DNA of 64,000 bases from positions 3,648,001 through 3,712,000 of the forward strand of contig OY761556.1 in assembly GCA_963664705.1 (NCBI GenBank). Reading direction: 5' to 3'. This DNA comes from Acidobacteriota bacterium (GTDB lineage: Bacteria; Acidobacteriota; UBA6911). Under the pieces are notes generated by a model that made no database searches, was not told the origin of the DNA, and worked only from the letters and a program-made list of their open reading frames with translations. Both the position numbers and the translations under genes were made by a program. This document shows positions 39,359-50,000 of the stretch, piece after piece. Positions within the stretch are counted from its first letter, which is position 1; each line of letters opens with the position of its first letter.

Positions 39359-40858
39359 CTATTTATTCCGACGATTGATAAGAACGATCATATCCTTCGC
39401 TCTCTGAACTTTGTCCGCATCCTGACTCTTTTCAATGAATTTCGTCAGAAGCTCTTTGGCACGGGGATCGTTATCCTTGTCCGCGTAATAGGACTGACCC
39501 AGATCAAAGGCTGCATCCATATTGTCCGGATTAATCTTGACGACGCGTTCCAATGCCGCTTTGGCCATCTTTGGTTCTTTGCTGGCAGTCGTCTTTGCCA
39601 AGCCGAGAAGGACCTTTTCCGGGCTTTCGGACGACTTCGGATCTACGATGGTATCCAGAGCCTCATCGTACTTCTTTTGATCCAGGTAATATTGAGCGAA
39701 AGCATTGCGAACCTCGCCCTGCTTGTCGGCAGGAGCCAATTCAAGCGCTTTCTTGAAGGAAGTCACGGCCTCGGGATTGTTCAGCTTAGACTGGGCTCTT
39801 CCAATCTGCCTCCAGATCGGCCATTGCTTATCCACTGGAACCAGGGCCTTGGCATCTTCGAATCTCTTCAGAGCAGCCGCGGCGTCGCCGACTTGAAGAA
39901 GCTTGGTTCCTTCGTCCAGATCAGCCTGAGCCTTTTCAAGAAGCCCTCTCTCCTTCTGGGCGAGAATGGTCTTCTTCATGTCGTCATATTGGCCGGGCTT
40001 CAATTTGATGGCGTTATCTATAGATGCAATCGCGGCATCGAAATTCTTCAAATTGTATTGAGCGATCGCCATATTTGCGTGAAAATCGGGATTATTGGGT
40101 TCCGATTTAAGCAGCTCGGAAAAGTCCTTCACCGCCTGCTCGTAGTTCTTCGCACGCAATGCGCTTTCCGCCCGGATAGAAGGGATCTTCTTCTTCACAT
40201 TTTGAGCGCTCTGGCTTATTTGCTCATAGGGATTCGGTCCGGATGGGTTGGGCGACGGCAGCGTAGCCATTGCACTGGCAACCTCTACGGTTCTGTCCAG
40301 TCCGGCGGCAGCCTCCTCATACTTGCCCAACTGCAATTTCGTTACCGAAAGGTAATAGAGCGACTCGGCACTCGATGGATTCAGGGAAAGAACTTCCGTA
40401 AACAACTTCTCGGCATCGGCCATTTTCTGCGCCTTATACGCTTCAAGTGCCTGCCCCATGGTTGCCTCGGCTTTCTTCATGCCCAGATCATCTTCGAAAT
40501 AAAGCTTGGCTTCCGGAGAGCCGGCCTGCAGCTTGAGTGTGACCGGTACAGCAGTTCCCTTTAAGATCGCAAATTCATACAGCGCGGGCGCCAAACCCTC
40601 TTTGCGTCCTACCACACGATATGCACCGTCTTCCAGCTTGGCAAATTCCGCCACACCCTGGGCATCGGATTTCTTATCCTTGGGTTTTTGCGGGTTTTTC
40701 ATCGGAATGGCAAAAACCTTTACATCCTTTATCGGCGCACCGGATGCATCAAGGCACTTGACCTGCAGCGTGGTCTCAGCCAACGCGGGCAGGGCCAAAA
40801 AGAAAATTGCAAATCCAGCCAAACAAAGACAAATTGTTTTCCAGTAGTTTATTTTCAT
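39359..40858 (-). CDS. Secreted protein: carboxypeptidase-regulatory-like domain plus TPR repeats
   Basis: Signal peptide (ALPALA), G.PI..V.V / L..G.Y.V...KEG beta domain, multiple TPRs. Confidence 0.85.
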   Translation of the reverse strand: MKINYWKTICLCLAGFAIFFLALPALAETTLQVKCLDASGAPIKDVKVFAIPMKNPQKPKDKKSDAQGVAEFAKLEDGAYRVVGRKEGLAPALYEFAILKGTAVPVTLKLQAGSPEAKLYFEDDLGMKKAEATMGQALEAYKAQKMADAEKLFTEVLSLNPSSAESLYYLSVTKLQLGKYEEAAAGLDRTVEVASAMATLPSPNPSGPNPYEQISQSAQNVKKKIPSIRAESALRAKNYEQAVKDFSELLKSEPNNPDFHANMAIAQYNLKNFDAAIASIDNAIKLKPGQYDDMKKTILAQKERGLLEKAQADLDEGTKLLQVGDAAAALKRFEDAKALVPVDKQWPIWRQIGRAQSKLNNPEAVTSFKKALELAPADKQGEVRNAFAQYYLDQKKYDEALDTIVDPKSSESPEKVLLGLAKTTASKEPKMAKAALERVVKINPDNMDAAFDLGQSYYADKDNDPRAKELLTKFIEKSQDADKVQRAKDMIVLINRRNK

Positions 40859-41020
40859 AGCTATCTCAACTGATTTGATGAAAAGCACACATCCTTTACG
40901 GATTAACCCTAAGACGATACACGCAAGAATCCCATCTTGCAACTAATTGTCACTTTCCCTGCTACGGTGAAGTCAGAGAAGATACGCCTATTTTTCCGCC
41001 CTTTTCCGCGACTTCGGTGC

Positions 41021-43252
41021 CTACGGAATTTTGGTTACGATTTTGGCCGTACCGGTATTGCCATCGGCATCACTGGCTCGGATTCCTATCAGGTGTTCCC
41101 CGATTGCAAGTTCGGCAGTAGTCACCTTGTACTCTTCCATGGCCGAATCCGCAATTCCGTCCACAGGAAACAGGAGATTCCACTCTCCCCCATCAACCGA
41201 GAACTCGGCAGTGGCAATTCTACCGGTTGTTACGCTGGCGCGGAATTGCGCTTCTACTTTCTTTCCCACCACCTTGTTTGCGGTGATTTCGATTTTCGGA
41301 GTGGAATTCACGATTACGAACGGATCAGAAACTAACTCTCCGATCAGGAACCTATCATAGGGGTTGTTCGGGGCATCGCTGGCGACAACTTTTACCCGGT
41401 ATGTCCCGTCCGGAAGCGCCGCCGCATTCAGAGTGTAGAAAGTATCGGTGAGCTTCTTCTCGAGCAGCTTCCATTCTGACTCGCCATCCCCTTTAAAAAA
41501 CAGCGAATATTCCAACGTATCTTCATTATCATCGGTGGCTCGCCATGTGAAGGATTGAGCTCCCGGCGTCAGCACCTGTCGAGGCGAAAGCGGCTGCCGT
41601 TCTCTGCTGCGTTCCCGCGGAGAGTTCAGCGATCTGCCGTCGGAAGTTGAGGAGGGCGTCACAATCCCCATGCTGACGATGGTCAGCGACGATTGCTTCT
41701 GAAGCTCCACTCCATAGGGCAGGACATCGATGGAGGTCACTTGCGGACGGAGGTTCTGCTGCAAATAGGCGATCTGTACCTTTTCGATCATATCCGCAGA
41801 TGAACCTGCCGGCGATCCTGATGCCTTTTTAAAGGTGGCTCGCCATTGCAGGTAACGGGCACGCGGGCTTGTGATCTGCTGTCCCGGGCTGGAGTAGGGA
41901 GAACTCCACTCGCTCCAGGAATTGTCCGCCTTGTCTGTATTTCCCGATCGGGTGGCAATCTCGATCCCTGCGCCCGCCGGATTCGAAACCCGCCACGATA
42001 TTTTACCCCAGGAGGACACAATTCTTGCATCCAGGGCATTCGATTCGAAGGTTCCGGTCTGAGCCCGCTGCGGCAGCAACCGGTAAACCTTGCCCTGGTT
42101 ACTTGCGCCGGCGTAGATCACATCCCCCGCCGACAAAAGCCTGGTCACCTGCTCTTCGGGCGTATCCGAAAGAACGGTCACCTGCTTGGCGGCATCAATG
42201 GAGAAGAGACGCCCCTTGGGTCCTGTGGCGATGAGTAGCGATCCATCCGGCCGAAGAACAGAGTCATATACCATCTGCTCGTTGGAACTGTAGATGGTTT
42301 CAATGCTCCCGCTTCGAGTAATGGCATATACGGCCGATTTTGCCCCGGCCGAATCCTTTTCACTTCCGGTTAGGGAAAGGGCCTTTGTGTCTTTTGCCTT
42401 ATCCGGCACCGTAATCACCGACTCGATTGTTACTGTGGCCGTAGCAGTAGCGGTGGATTCCTTTGTGGTGGTTGAGGCTTTTGAAGCCGCAGCTGTATTC
42501 AGTCCTCTGGCAGAGGAAACCAGCGCATAAATGGTTCCCGTTCGATCGACCGTCAGCGAATGCACTTCTTCCAGCGCAGAGTCCAGCAAAGTGAAACCCT
42601 TGCCCTCCGAATTGATTTCGACAATTAAGCCTCCCGGAGACGTACCGGCCAGAATGCTGTTGTTATCGCGGATTAAGGTCACCACGTGGTTGTCGCTGCA
42701 GGTGTAGAAGGTATTCTTCTTCCCGCTTTTATCCACCTTATAGATTGTTCCATTCGATCCGGTCCCGACATAGAGATCTCCGGCGGCATCGAAGATCATG
42801 GACCAGATATATTTTGAATCCAGGTCGCAGAATTCCGTCCCCTGGTTGGGGCCGGTCACCTTGTAGATTTTCCCATCCGGGGATGTCCCCACATAGAGAA
42901 CGTCCGCACTATCCAGTGCCATCGCAAAGATATCAAGCTCCTTGGACTGAAAGTAGAGGCTTCCCTTCCCCTGCGGGTCAATCCTGAATACCTTTCCTTC
43001 ATCGCCGGTGCCGACAAAGATGTTGCCCGCCTTGTCTCGGACCATTGAGAAAATGTATGGCTGCCCGGTGTCATATAGAAGGCCGTAATCGGAAGCCAGG
43101 AAAAGCCTGCCGTCCGGCGTGACCGAGACGTGATCGAGTTTACCTTTGAGCAGATCCTGCGGCGTAAAATCCTCCCAAAACTGTGGAGTAACCGCCCAGG
43201 CGGCAATGGCAACAACAAGAAAAATGATCGGCAGCGCGATTAGTTTTCGCAT
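41021..43252 (-). CDS. Secreted beta-propeller protein with C-terminal Fn3/Ig-like domains
   Basis: Signal peptide; repeated (L/I)(Y/F)VGT..GK(I/V)(Y/F) blades; RYLQWR; LPDGTYRVKVVASD. Confidence 0.8.
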   Translation of the reverse strand: MRKLIALPIIFLVVAIAAWAVTPQFWEDFTPQDLLKGKLDHVSVTPDGRLFLASDYGLLYDTGQPYIFSMVRDKAGNIFVGTGDEGKVFRIDPQGKGSLYFQSKELDIFAMALDSADVLYVGTSPDGKIYKVTGPNQGTEFCDLDSKYIWSMIFDAAGDLYVGTGSNGTIYKVDKSGKKNTFYTCSDNHVVTLIRDNNSILAGTSPGGLIVEINSEGKGFTLLDSALEEVHSLTVDRTGTIYALVSSARGLNTAAASKASTTTKESTATATATVTIESVITVPDKAKDTKALSLTGSEKDSAGAKSAVYAITRSGSIETIYSSNEQMVYDSVLRPDGSLLIATGPKGRLFSIDAAKQVTVLSDTPEEQVTRLLSAGDVIYAGASNQGKVYRLLPQRAQTGTFESNALDARIVSSWGKISWRVSNPAGAGIEIATRSGNTDKADNSWSEWSSPYSSPGQQITSPRARYLQWRATFKKASGSPAGSSADMIEKVQIAYLQQNLRPQVTSIDVLPYGVELQKQSSLTIVSMGIVTPSSTSDGRSLNSPRERSRERQPLSPRQVLTPGAQSFTWRATDDNEDTLEYSLFFKGDGESEWKLLEKKLTDTFYTLNAAALPDGTYRVKVVASDAPNNPYDRFLIGELVSDPFVIVNSTPKIEITANKVVGKKVEAQFRASVTTGRIATAEFSVDGGEWNLLFPVDGIADSAMEEYKVTTAELAIGEHLIGIRASDADGNTGTAKIVTKIP

Positions 43253-43316
43253 CGCAATTCCTTTGCAAGACTCAACGTGAGAACTGTTCCCGGCTATACC
43301 GGGAACAAAACCGAGG

Positions 43317-45161
43317 TCAGGGTTTGATCGTTAACTTGAGTGCCTTGGCACCGGTGACCATGTAGTCGCTTCTTGGCAGCTCAAATTCCATCAGAGTCGA
43401 TGTGCGAATGGATGTTATGGCACCTACCTTTCGCTCCGACTTGAGAATCGACAGAATCGATGGTGGCAATCCTGGCAGCCCCTCTCCTTTTACAACGGCA
43501 CCGGGCTCCTGGCGGAAAAACCGAACGTACAAATAGTCATTTTTCCGAAGATTGTTGATGAACTTGATCAACTGCGTGAGATCCCGCGGAATCAGGTTTT
43601 CACCCTCTTCCTGTTCATCCAGCGCCATAATTGTGGCGCCGTCCGCAATCAGCATCGTCAGCGGTCCGGGAGATGCATTCTCAGGTATCTTGATGGGAAA
43701 CGTTTGCTGGATCACATCGCCGTTGCCTTTCTTGTACGTAAGATCCAGGTTTAGCGATTCACCCGCCCGCACTTCGGTCCGCTGAAAGCGCATGGAGTCA
43801 AGCACCGCCGTCAGGTCGTTTTCCGTTGAAGAAACATCCAGGTCGATCGATTCCAGATCCAAATTCTTATAGCCGGCAGACATCAGATAATTCACCGGCA
43901 CGGCAATGGACATGGATGCGGAAGTGGGAGCATTGCCATCTGAGGAAAATCTGTTGTCGAGCACAACTTCCTGCTCTCCCTTGATTTTGATCTTTCCCCT
44001 GACCTGCAGCGTGGCATAGCCCTGCGCTCGTTCTGAGGCAACGACCGAATTGTATATCGTAAGGTTGACAAGAAGCGGCGTCAGGAACGGATCACGCGCC
44101 AGCTCATAACGGAGCTCCTTCTTGGCTCCACGGCTCGTTGTCATGTGCACGGTCAATGGAATCATCCGCGGCTTTTCCCCCACTAGACCGTAGATGCCCA
44201 TTCCCCGATCCTGGCGAATAGCTCCGGCCATTTCACCGGTTTCGAGAATTTTGAACGAGCTCTCCAGACTCGGGAAAACCGTGATTGCCCGCCCCTTATA
44301 CATCGGCAGTTCTGTGAAACCCAGGTTGAACATGCTGTGCCCAAAGGCATACAGCCGATTGCCGTCGATATGGGTTACGGTCCCTCCGGCGGATACATCC
44401 AGATCGCCGCGCACCAGGGGTACGATGATGTTGGAACCCGGCTCAAGCGGCGAAGAATCCTGCAGGGTGGTAACGCTTTTTGCGCTGGGGCTGCTTCCAC
44501 CGCCCCCCTGCATCAATGACATCCCCATGGCTCGAAATTGCGGGGCAAAAACCTTCAGGGTTTCCGGATCAAAACCTCCAAGACTCAAGGGCGTTGCAAT
44601 CGGAATCAGTGCATGCCCGCCAAAAGCAGCGAGCGGTTGCTGCTGCTTGAATTCAGCAGGAGCAAGCGATAGCTCTCTGGCACTCAGTTCACCGGCACGC
44701 AGCGGCAAGTGATAATTCCAACGGCTACTTTTCTGAACACTTCTGGGAGCAGTGGATGATCCGACGGATTCCTGAAAGGCATCCACCATCTGGGTGATGG
44801 GGGTGATTCCGCCAATAGCCTCCTTGGCAAACGAGTACGAAAAGGCAACCGCGCCCAGGAGCTTTCCATCTATATACACAGGACTGCCCGACATGCCTTC
44901 GAATATGCCGGTCTTTTCAAGAGATGCCCCGCTGAATTTCGCCAGCACAGCACTCGCTCCAGGGTTGATCCCCTGCAGCACTCCGAGGACTTCCACCTGG
45001 AATTCCTCCGGCTTGGTCCCCTGAAAACAGGTCTTGCCGATCCCCTTCATTCCGGGCCGGACATCCTCGAGTTTCATGAGTTCTGTTTTTGCTGAAGCCG
45101 CTAAGGAGAAAAGCAGAAGAGCGAGCGCGGCAAGTGCCGCCAGGAACCATCTTCTTTTCAT
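43317..45161 (-). CDS. Secreted SpoIVB-like (S55) serine peptidase domain protein
   Basis: Signal peptide; GIFEGMSGSPVYIDGKLLGAV; GTVT...AFGH. Confidence 0.85.
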   Translation of the reverse strand: MKRRWFLAALAALALLLFSLAASAKTELMKLEDVRPGMKGIGKTCFQGTKPEEFQVEVLGVLQGINPGASAVLAKFSGASLEKTGIFEGMSGSPVYIDGKLLGAVAFSYSFAKEAIGGITPITQMVDAFQESVGSSTAPRSVQKSSRWNYHLPLRAGELSARELSLAPAEFKQQQPLAAFGGHALIPIATPLSLGGFDPETLKVFAPQFRAMGMSLMQGGGGSSPSAKSVTTLQDSSPLEPGSNIIVPLVRGDLDVSAGGTVTHIDGNRLYAFGHSMFNLGFTELPMYKGRAITVFPSLESSFKILETGEMAGAIRQDRGMGIYGLVGEKPRMIPLTVHMTTSRGAKKELRYELARDPFLTPLLVNLTIYNSVVASERAQGYATLQVRGKIKIKGEQEVVLDNRFSSDGNAPTSASMSIAVPVNYLMSAGYKNLDLESIDLDVSSTENDLTAVLDSMRFQRTEVRAGESLNLDLTYKKGNGDVIQQTFPIKIPENASPGPLTMLIADGATIMALDEQEEGENLIPRDLTQLIKFINNLRKNDYLYVRFFRQEPGAVVKGEGLPGLPPSILSILKSERKVGAITSIRTSTLMEFELPRSDYMVTGAKALKLTIKP

Positions 45162-45284
45162 CAAGACAACCTTTCAAAAGCGCAAATTATATCAGAACTA
45201 ACCAAACGTTGAACGTTGAACGTTGGGCATACCGCCCATCTTCGCGCTTGATCTTTGCCCCTTCCGTGGCCTAATTTTCTCTGC

Positions 45285-45902
45285 ATGCAGCCAAAGGACA
45301 TCTGCGCGGTCATATTGGCAGGAGGGCGAAGCAGCCGAATGGGCTGCAATAAGGCCCTGCTCGAAGTAAATGGGAAGCTTCTAATCCAGACGCTCATTGA
45401 TCGCGTATCTCCGGTCACAGACCAAATCCTCATCTCATCTAACGACCCGGACTGTTATAAGTTCCTTGATTTTCCCATCATTCCAGATCGATTCCCGGGA
45501 AACGGCCCTCTTGCCGGATTTCAGTCCGCAATGCTTGCGAGCAGCTATTCCCTGTATTTGCTGCTGGCCTGCGATCTCCCAAACCTGAAAACACCATTGC
45601 TGCGCAGGCTCCTGTCCATGGCAGAGGGTTTCGATGCAGTTATTCCGCGCACTCTTGACGGCATTGCGCACCCTTTATGCGCCGTATATCGCCGAACCTG
45701 CCTTCAGGCGGTGGAGCGAGCGCTGACTCGGGGCGACAATAAAGTGATTCGTACCTTCCTGGAAGATTCCCTTGTGGTGCGATGGGTCGAGCCCAAAGAG
45801 GGCAATTTTGACGATGAAGATCTGGCTAATATCAACACCCCAGAGGACTTACGAAACCTGAAAATCCATTTCTCCAAACCTGGCGACACACTCAAGATGT
45901 AG
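45285..45902 (+). CDS. mobA: Molybdenum cofactor guanylyltransferase
   Basis: ILAGGRSSRMG.NKALL, GPLAG, ACDLP, HPLCAVY, NINTPED. Confidence 0.93.
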   Translation: MQPKDICAVILAGGRSSRMGCNKALLEVNGKLLIQTLIDRVSPVTDQILISSNDPDCYKFLDFPIIPDRFPGNGPLAGFQSAMLASSYSLYLLLACDLPNLKTPLLRRLLSMAEGFDAVIPRTLDGIAHPLCAVYRRTCLQAVERALTRGDNKVIRTFLEDSLVVRWVEPKEGNFDDEDLANINTPEDLRNLKIHFSKPGDTLKM

Positions 45903-46050
45903 TGGTTATGAAGAGCAATGCCTACGATATGTTGTGATTTTTCTTTGCCTCCCCGAACACCCCTATGCTATAGTGACGTCCGTATTCGAGCTCTCCGGTA
46001 ACTCAGGGTTTTGCCCTTCGCAGGGAGTTATACCTTTATTGCGGGCTGAT

Positions 46051-47007
46051 ATGGAACGGCATCAGACGACCAACGTGCATTTTGGAAGGTTTTTCCGAAC
46101 GATTCTCCCTGCCTTCCTGATCCTGGTTCTTGGCGTGGCTGTGATTTTGGGAGTGATGGTTTACAAGATCTCGTACCCGCCCGCCGTGCAGGAAGCAGCA
46201 AACCCGTCTCATTATTCGCTACCCTCGCTGGATGTGACGGTACCGACAAATGACGGTAAAGATTTGGCAGCATGGTGGATACCGGGATTGCGGGGTGCTC
46301 CGGCAATCATCCTGGCTCCGGGTTATGGCATGAACCGGGCGGATGCACTCAGCCTGGCATTCGCACTTCACGAAAGCGGATTCAACCTGCTGACATTTGA
46401 CCAGAGGGGCAACGGAGCAGTTCCAAAGGGCGCGAGTACGCTGGGCTTGCTTGAAACAGGGGACATGCTGCAGGCAATAAAGCTTGTCCAAGGCCGGCCC
46501 GAAAGCAATGGGAAGCGATTGGGTATTTGGGGTACGGATATTGGAGCTCTATCAGCCCTGAAGGCCGCCGGAGACTGTCCGGAGGTGCGCGCGATTGTTG
46601 CGGATGGCGCCTACGAATCGCCCGCCGATTTCCTGGGCTACCGGATTGCGGAAGATTTCGGCGTGGATAACAGGCTGGTCGATCTTGGAGCCTTTCAGTT
46701 TTTTAAGCTGGCTCATATCCGCCGTTTTTCGGCTGCAAGAAAGGCGGATGTTCCTGTCCAGGCGCTTTCAGACCGGACCATTCTTTTTATTAATGGGGAA
46801 AACCATAGGGGCCTGGCAGAACTGACCACGGCCATCTATGACAGGATTCAGCCTCAGAAGGAAATCATTTCGTTCAAAACGGCACGAACGCATGTCATGA
46901 ACGGAGAAGATCTAAAGAGCTACGACCGGCAGGTGGCGAATTTTTTCCACCTGAATTTGGTAGCGCCAACGGACGCGGAATCGCAGAAGAACGCGGACCA
47001 ACACTGA
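46051..47007 (+). CDS. Membrane-anchored alpha/beta hydrolase fold protein
   Basis: N-terminal TM, LAAWW.P, FDQRGNG, GIWGTDIGA elbow, AIVADG. Confidence 0.8.
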   Translation: MERHQTTNVHFGRFFRTILPAFLILVLGVAVILGVMVYKISYPPAVQEAANPSHYSLPSLDVTVPTNDGKDLAAWWIPGLRGAPAIILAPGYGMNRADALSLAFALHESGFNLLTFDQRGNGAVPKGASTLGLLETGDMLQAIKLVQGRPESNGKRLGIWGTDIGALSALKAAGDCPEVRAIVADGAYESPADFLGYRIAEDFGVDNRLVDLGAFQFFKLAHIRRFSAARKADVPVQALSDRTILFINGENHRGLAELTTAIYDRIQPQKEIISFKTARTHVMNGEDLKSYDRQVANFFHLNLVAPTDAESQKNADQH

Positions 47008-47050
47008 CTTAATCTGCAAACGCTGATTTGTTCAGGAGAATAAAGCTGCA

Positions 47051-50000
47051 ATGAACCATATCAGGAAACTGGAGCTCGTTGGATTCAAGTCCTTTTGCGA
47101 TCGTACCCACATTCCTTTCAATGAAGGAATCACCGCGATTGTTGGACCAAACGGTTGCGGAAAAAGCAATATTTCGGACGCCATCAGTTGGGTCGTTGGC
47201 GAACAAAGCGCCAAGTCCCTGCGTACCGATAAAATGGAAGGGGTTATTTTCAACGGCACCCAGAAGCGCAAGCCCACCGGGTACGCGGAGGTCATTCTCA
47301 CCCTTGCCCTTGACAACCCGATCGAAATCCAGGGCGTTCCGGAACTGAACCCGGATGGTTTCACAGTCGGCCGCAGACTCTATCGCTCCGGCGAAAGCGA
47401 ATATTACCTGGATGGTAAACGCTGCCGCCTGAAGGACATTCAATCTCTTTTCGAAGGAACCGGCCTGGGACCCAACTCCTACGCAATCCTGGAGCAGGGC
47501 AGAATCGGACAGATCCTAAGCTCCAAGCCTGCAGAACGCCGTGCCCTTATAGAAGAAGCCGCTCGTATCACCTTGTTTAAAAGCCGGCGGCTTTCGGCGG
47601 AAACCAAACTTGAACTCGCGCAGCAGAACCTGGTGCGGGCGCAGGACATCATTCGAGAAGTCGTTCGCCAGTTGAATTCCCTCAGCCGGCAGGCTGCGAA
47701 AGCACGCCGCTATAATCGTCTGCGCGATGAACTGCGGTCCGTGCAACGGCTGAAGGCTGGCATGGAAGAGCGTCAGCTTCGGGCAAAACTGATGGAATGC
47801 TCCACGCGTTTTGCCAACGCGCAGGATGATGAGCAGGCTATCCTCTCCGAACTATCGACGGCAGAGGTGGCACGTGAAACGGCATGGCAGGGTTGCGTGG
47901 CTCAGGAAGAAGAGGTCAACCGAAGCCGGGAGCAGCTCAACGCGCTGAAGGTAGATGCCGGAAACGCGCAGAACACGCTGGAAAACCAAGAGACACAGCG
48001 TCTCGGACTGATTTCCCGCGGCGGTGAGCTCGACCGGGAACAGAAAGCCATTGAAGAGCGCCGTGGGCTGACGCAGCACGAAATTGAGCGGCTCACCCAT
48101 GCCTCCAAAACCATTGCCGAAGAGATCACGCGGGATCAGGAATCTCTTGACGCCGAGCAGGCAAAGAGCGGAGTCCTTCAGGAAGCCATTCACGAAACCG
48201 AGGGCAAAATCGACGATTTGCGTTCCTTCCTGCTGACCGGGGCAGGAAAACTCTCCGATCTTAAAAACCTGCAGGCCCGATGCCAGGAAAGCATCGAGCG
48301 CATTGCCGCACGCACGATTCGCCTCGAGGACGAAACGCAGGCAAAGGCAAAAGAGCGCACGGCACGCGCCGCCGAACTCGACCAGGTGCGCAAGGATTTT
48401 GAGGCCAAGACAAGACGGCAACAGGAAGTTGCAGAAAACTGTGAGGATTGCGAATCGAAAAGCGTGCAACTGGCGTCGCGTTTTGAGCAGCTATCGAATG
48501 AACTCCAGGAGCAGGTCAACGAACACGGACTGATGCAACACCGTTATTCATCGCTTGAAGAAGTCGAACGGCGTCGAAGCAACTACTCCGAGGGCGTTCA
48601 GAAATTCCTGTCCACGCGAATCCCCGGGGAGGATGCGCCGCAGGCCAAAACCCTCGCCGATCACATCGAGGCAGACCCGGCCTATGAAGTGGCGCTCGAA
48701 GATTATCTCAATGATCCGCTGCAATACATCATTGTCGACAGCCGCGACGATGCGGTGACCAGCATCGACCGTTTGAAAAAGATCGGCGCCGGAAAATGCA
48801 CGTTCATGACCCTGCGCAACGGACACAGCCGTCACGAGACCGCCGTGCGGCGGCCACAAATCAGCGGCGACGGAGTCGTGGGATACCTCGATGACCTGCT
48901 GCACATGACGCCGGATATCAAGAACGCCTTCGAGCGCGCCCTGCCGGACTATGCTTCAACCATCATGGTCGCAGATCTGCACACCGCATTCCGCGTGGCG
49001 GAAAATGTATCCGGCGCAAATTTCCTGACCCTGTCGGGTGAATCCTACTCGCCAAGAGGTACGCTCTCCGCAGTGGGCGAGCGCAAATCGATGGCGGGAT
49101 TCCTAGCCCTTAAGCGCGAAAAACGCGAGCTGGGGAAAAAGTTGAACGCCCTGCAGGAAAAAATCCAGGCAACCCGCGGAGAGATTGCAAATCTCAAGCA
49201 GGAGCAGGCAGCTAATGCGGAGATGCTGAAAGTGCTCACGGCCGAATCCCGCAAGCTGGAAGTTGAGACAGCTCTAAAGCGCCAGGAAATAGCCAGGCTC
49301 GAGGCCGAGCTCGGAAAAATCGCCCAGGCAGAACATGTGGCCACTTCTGAGCTCGGGCAGCTGGCGGAAGAAAATATCGGTCTGGAAGCGAAGCTGGTAG
49401 AAGCGGCCGCTCAAATCAAAGAAATCGAATTGCGCAGCGGAAGCAGCAATGAAGAACTGCATGAGCTCAATGCCCGGCTGCAATCCCTGCGGACCGACAG
49501 TGCAATGCTGTCAAAAGAGCTCGCCACCATGACCTCCGCGCATGCCGTCAAGAAAGAACGGAAAAACGGCATGGAGGCGGATTTGAAGCGCCTTGCGGCG
49601 GAACTGGAAGACTCGCAGAAGCGGGCCGAGGTCAACCGCTCCGAAGCGGCCCTCGCCACAAAGAGAATCGGAGAACTGGAAAAAGCCCAGCAGGAAATCC
49701 GCATACGCATTGAGGAATGCGGACGTCTTATCCAGGAAGCGGGAAAGGATCTGGAAGAAAAACAGAAGCAGATGCTTGAGCTGCGAGCATCTCTCTCGGG
49801 CTTTGAAGAAGAGCTTCGCCGGTTGCATGTGCGCCGTGAAGACGCCATGAATACCCGAAGCAAGATCGAGATCGAAAAAACGCGACTGGAGAGCGATCTC
49901 GAACACCTTGAACGCAGCTGCCAGGAAGAATTCCATCTGTCAGTCGCCGAGCTGGTGGCCGAGATTCAGGATACCGATTGGACCCGGGAATACTCCGAAG

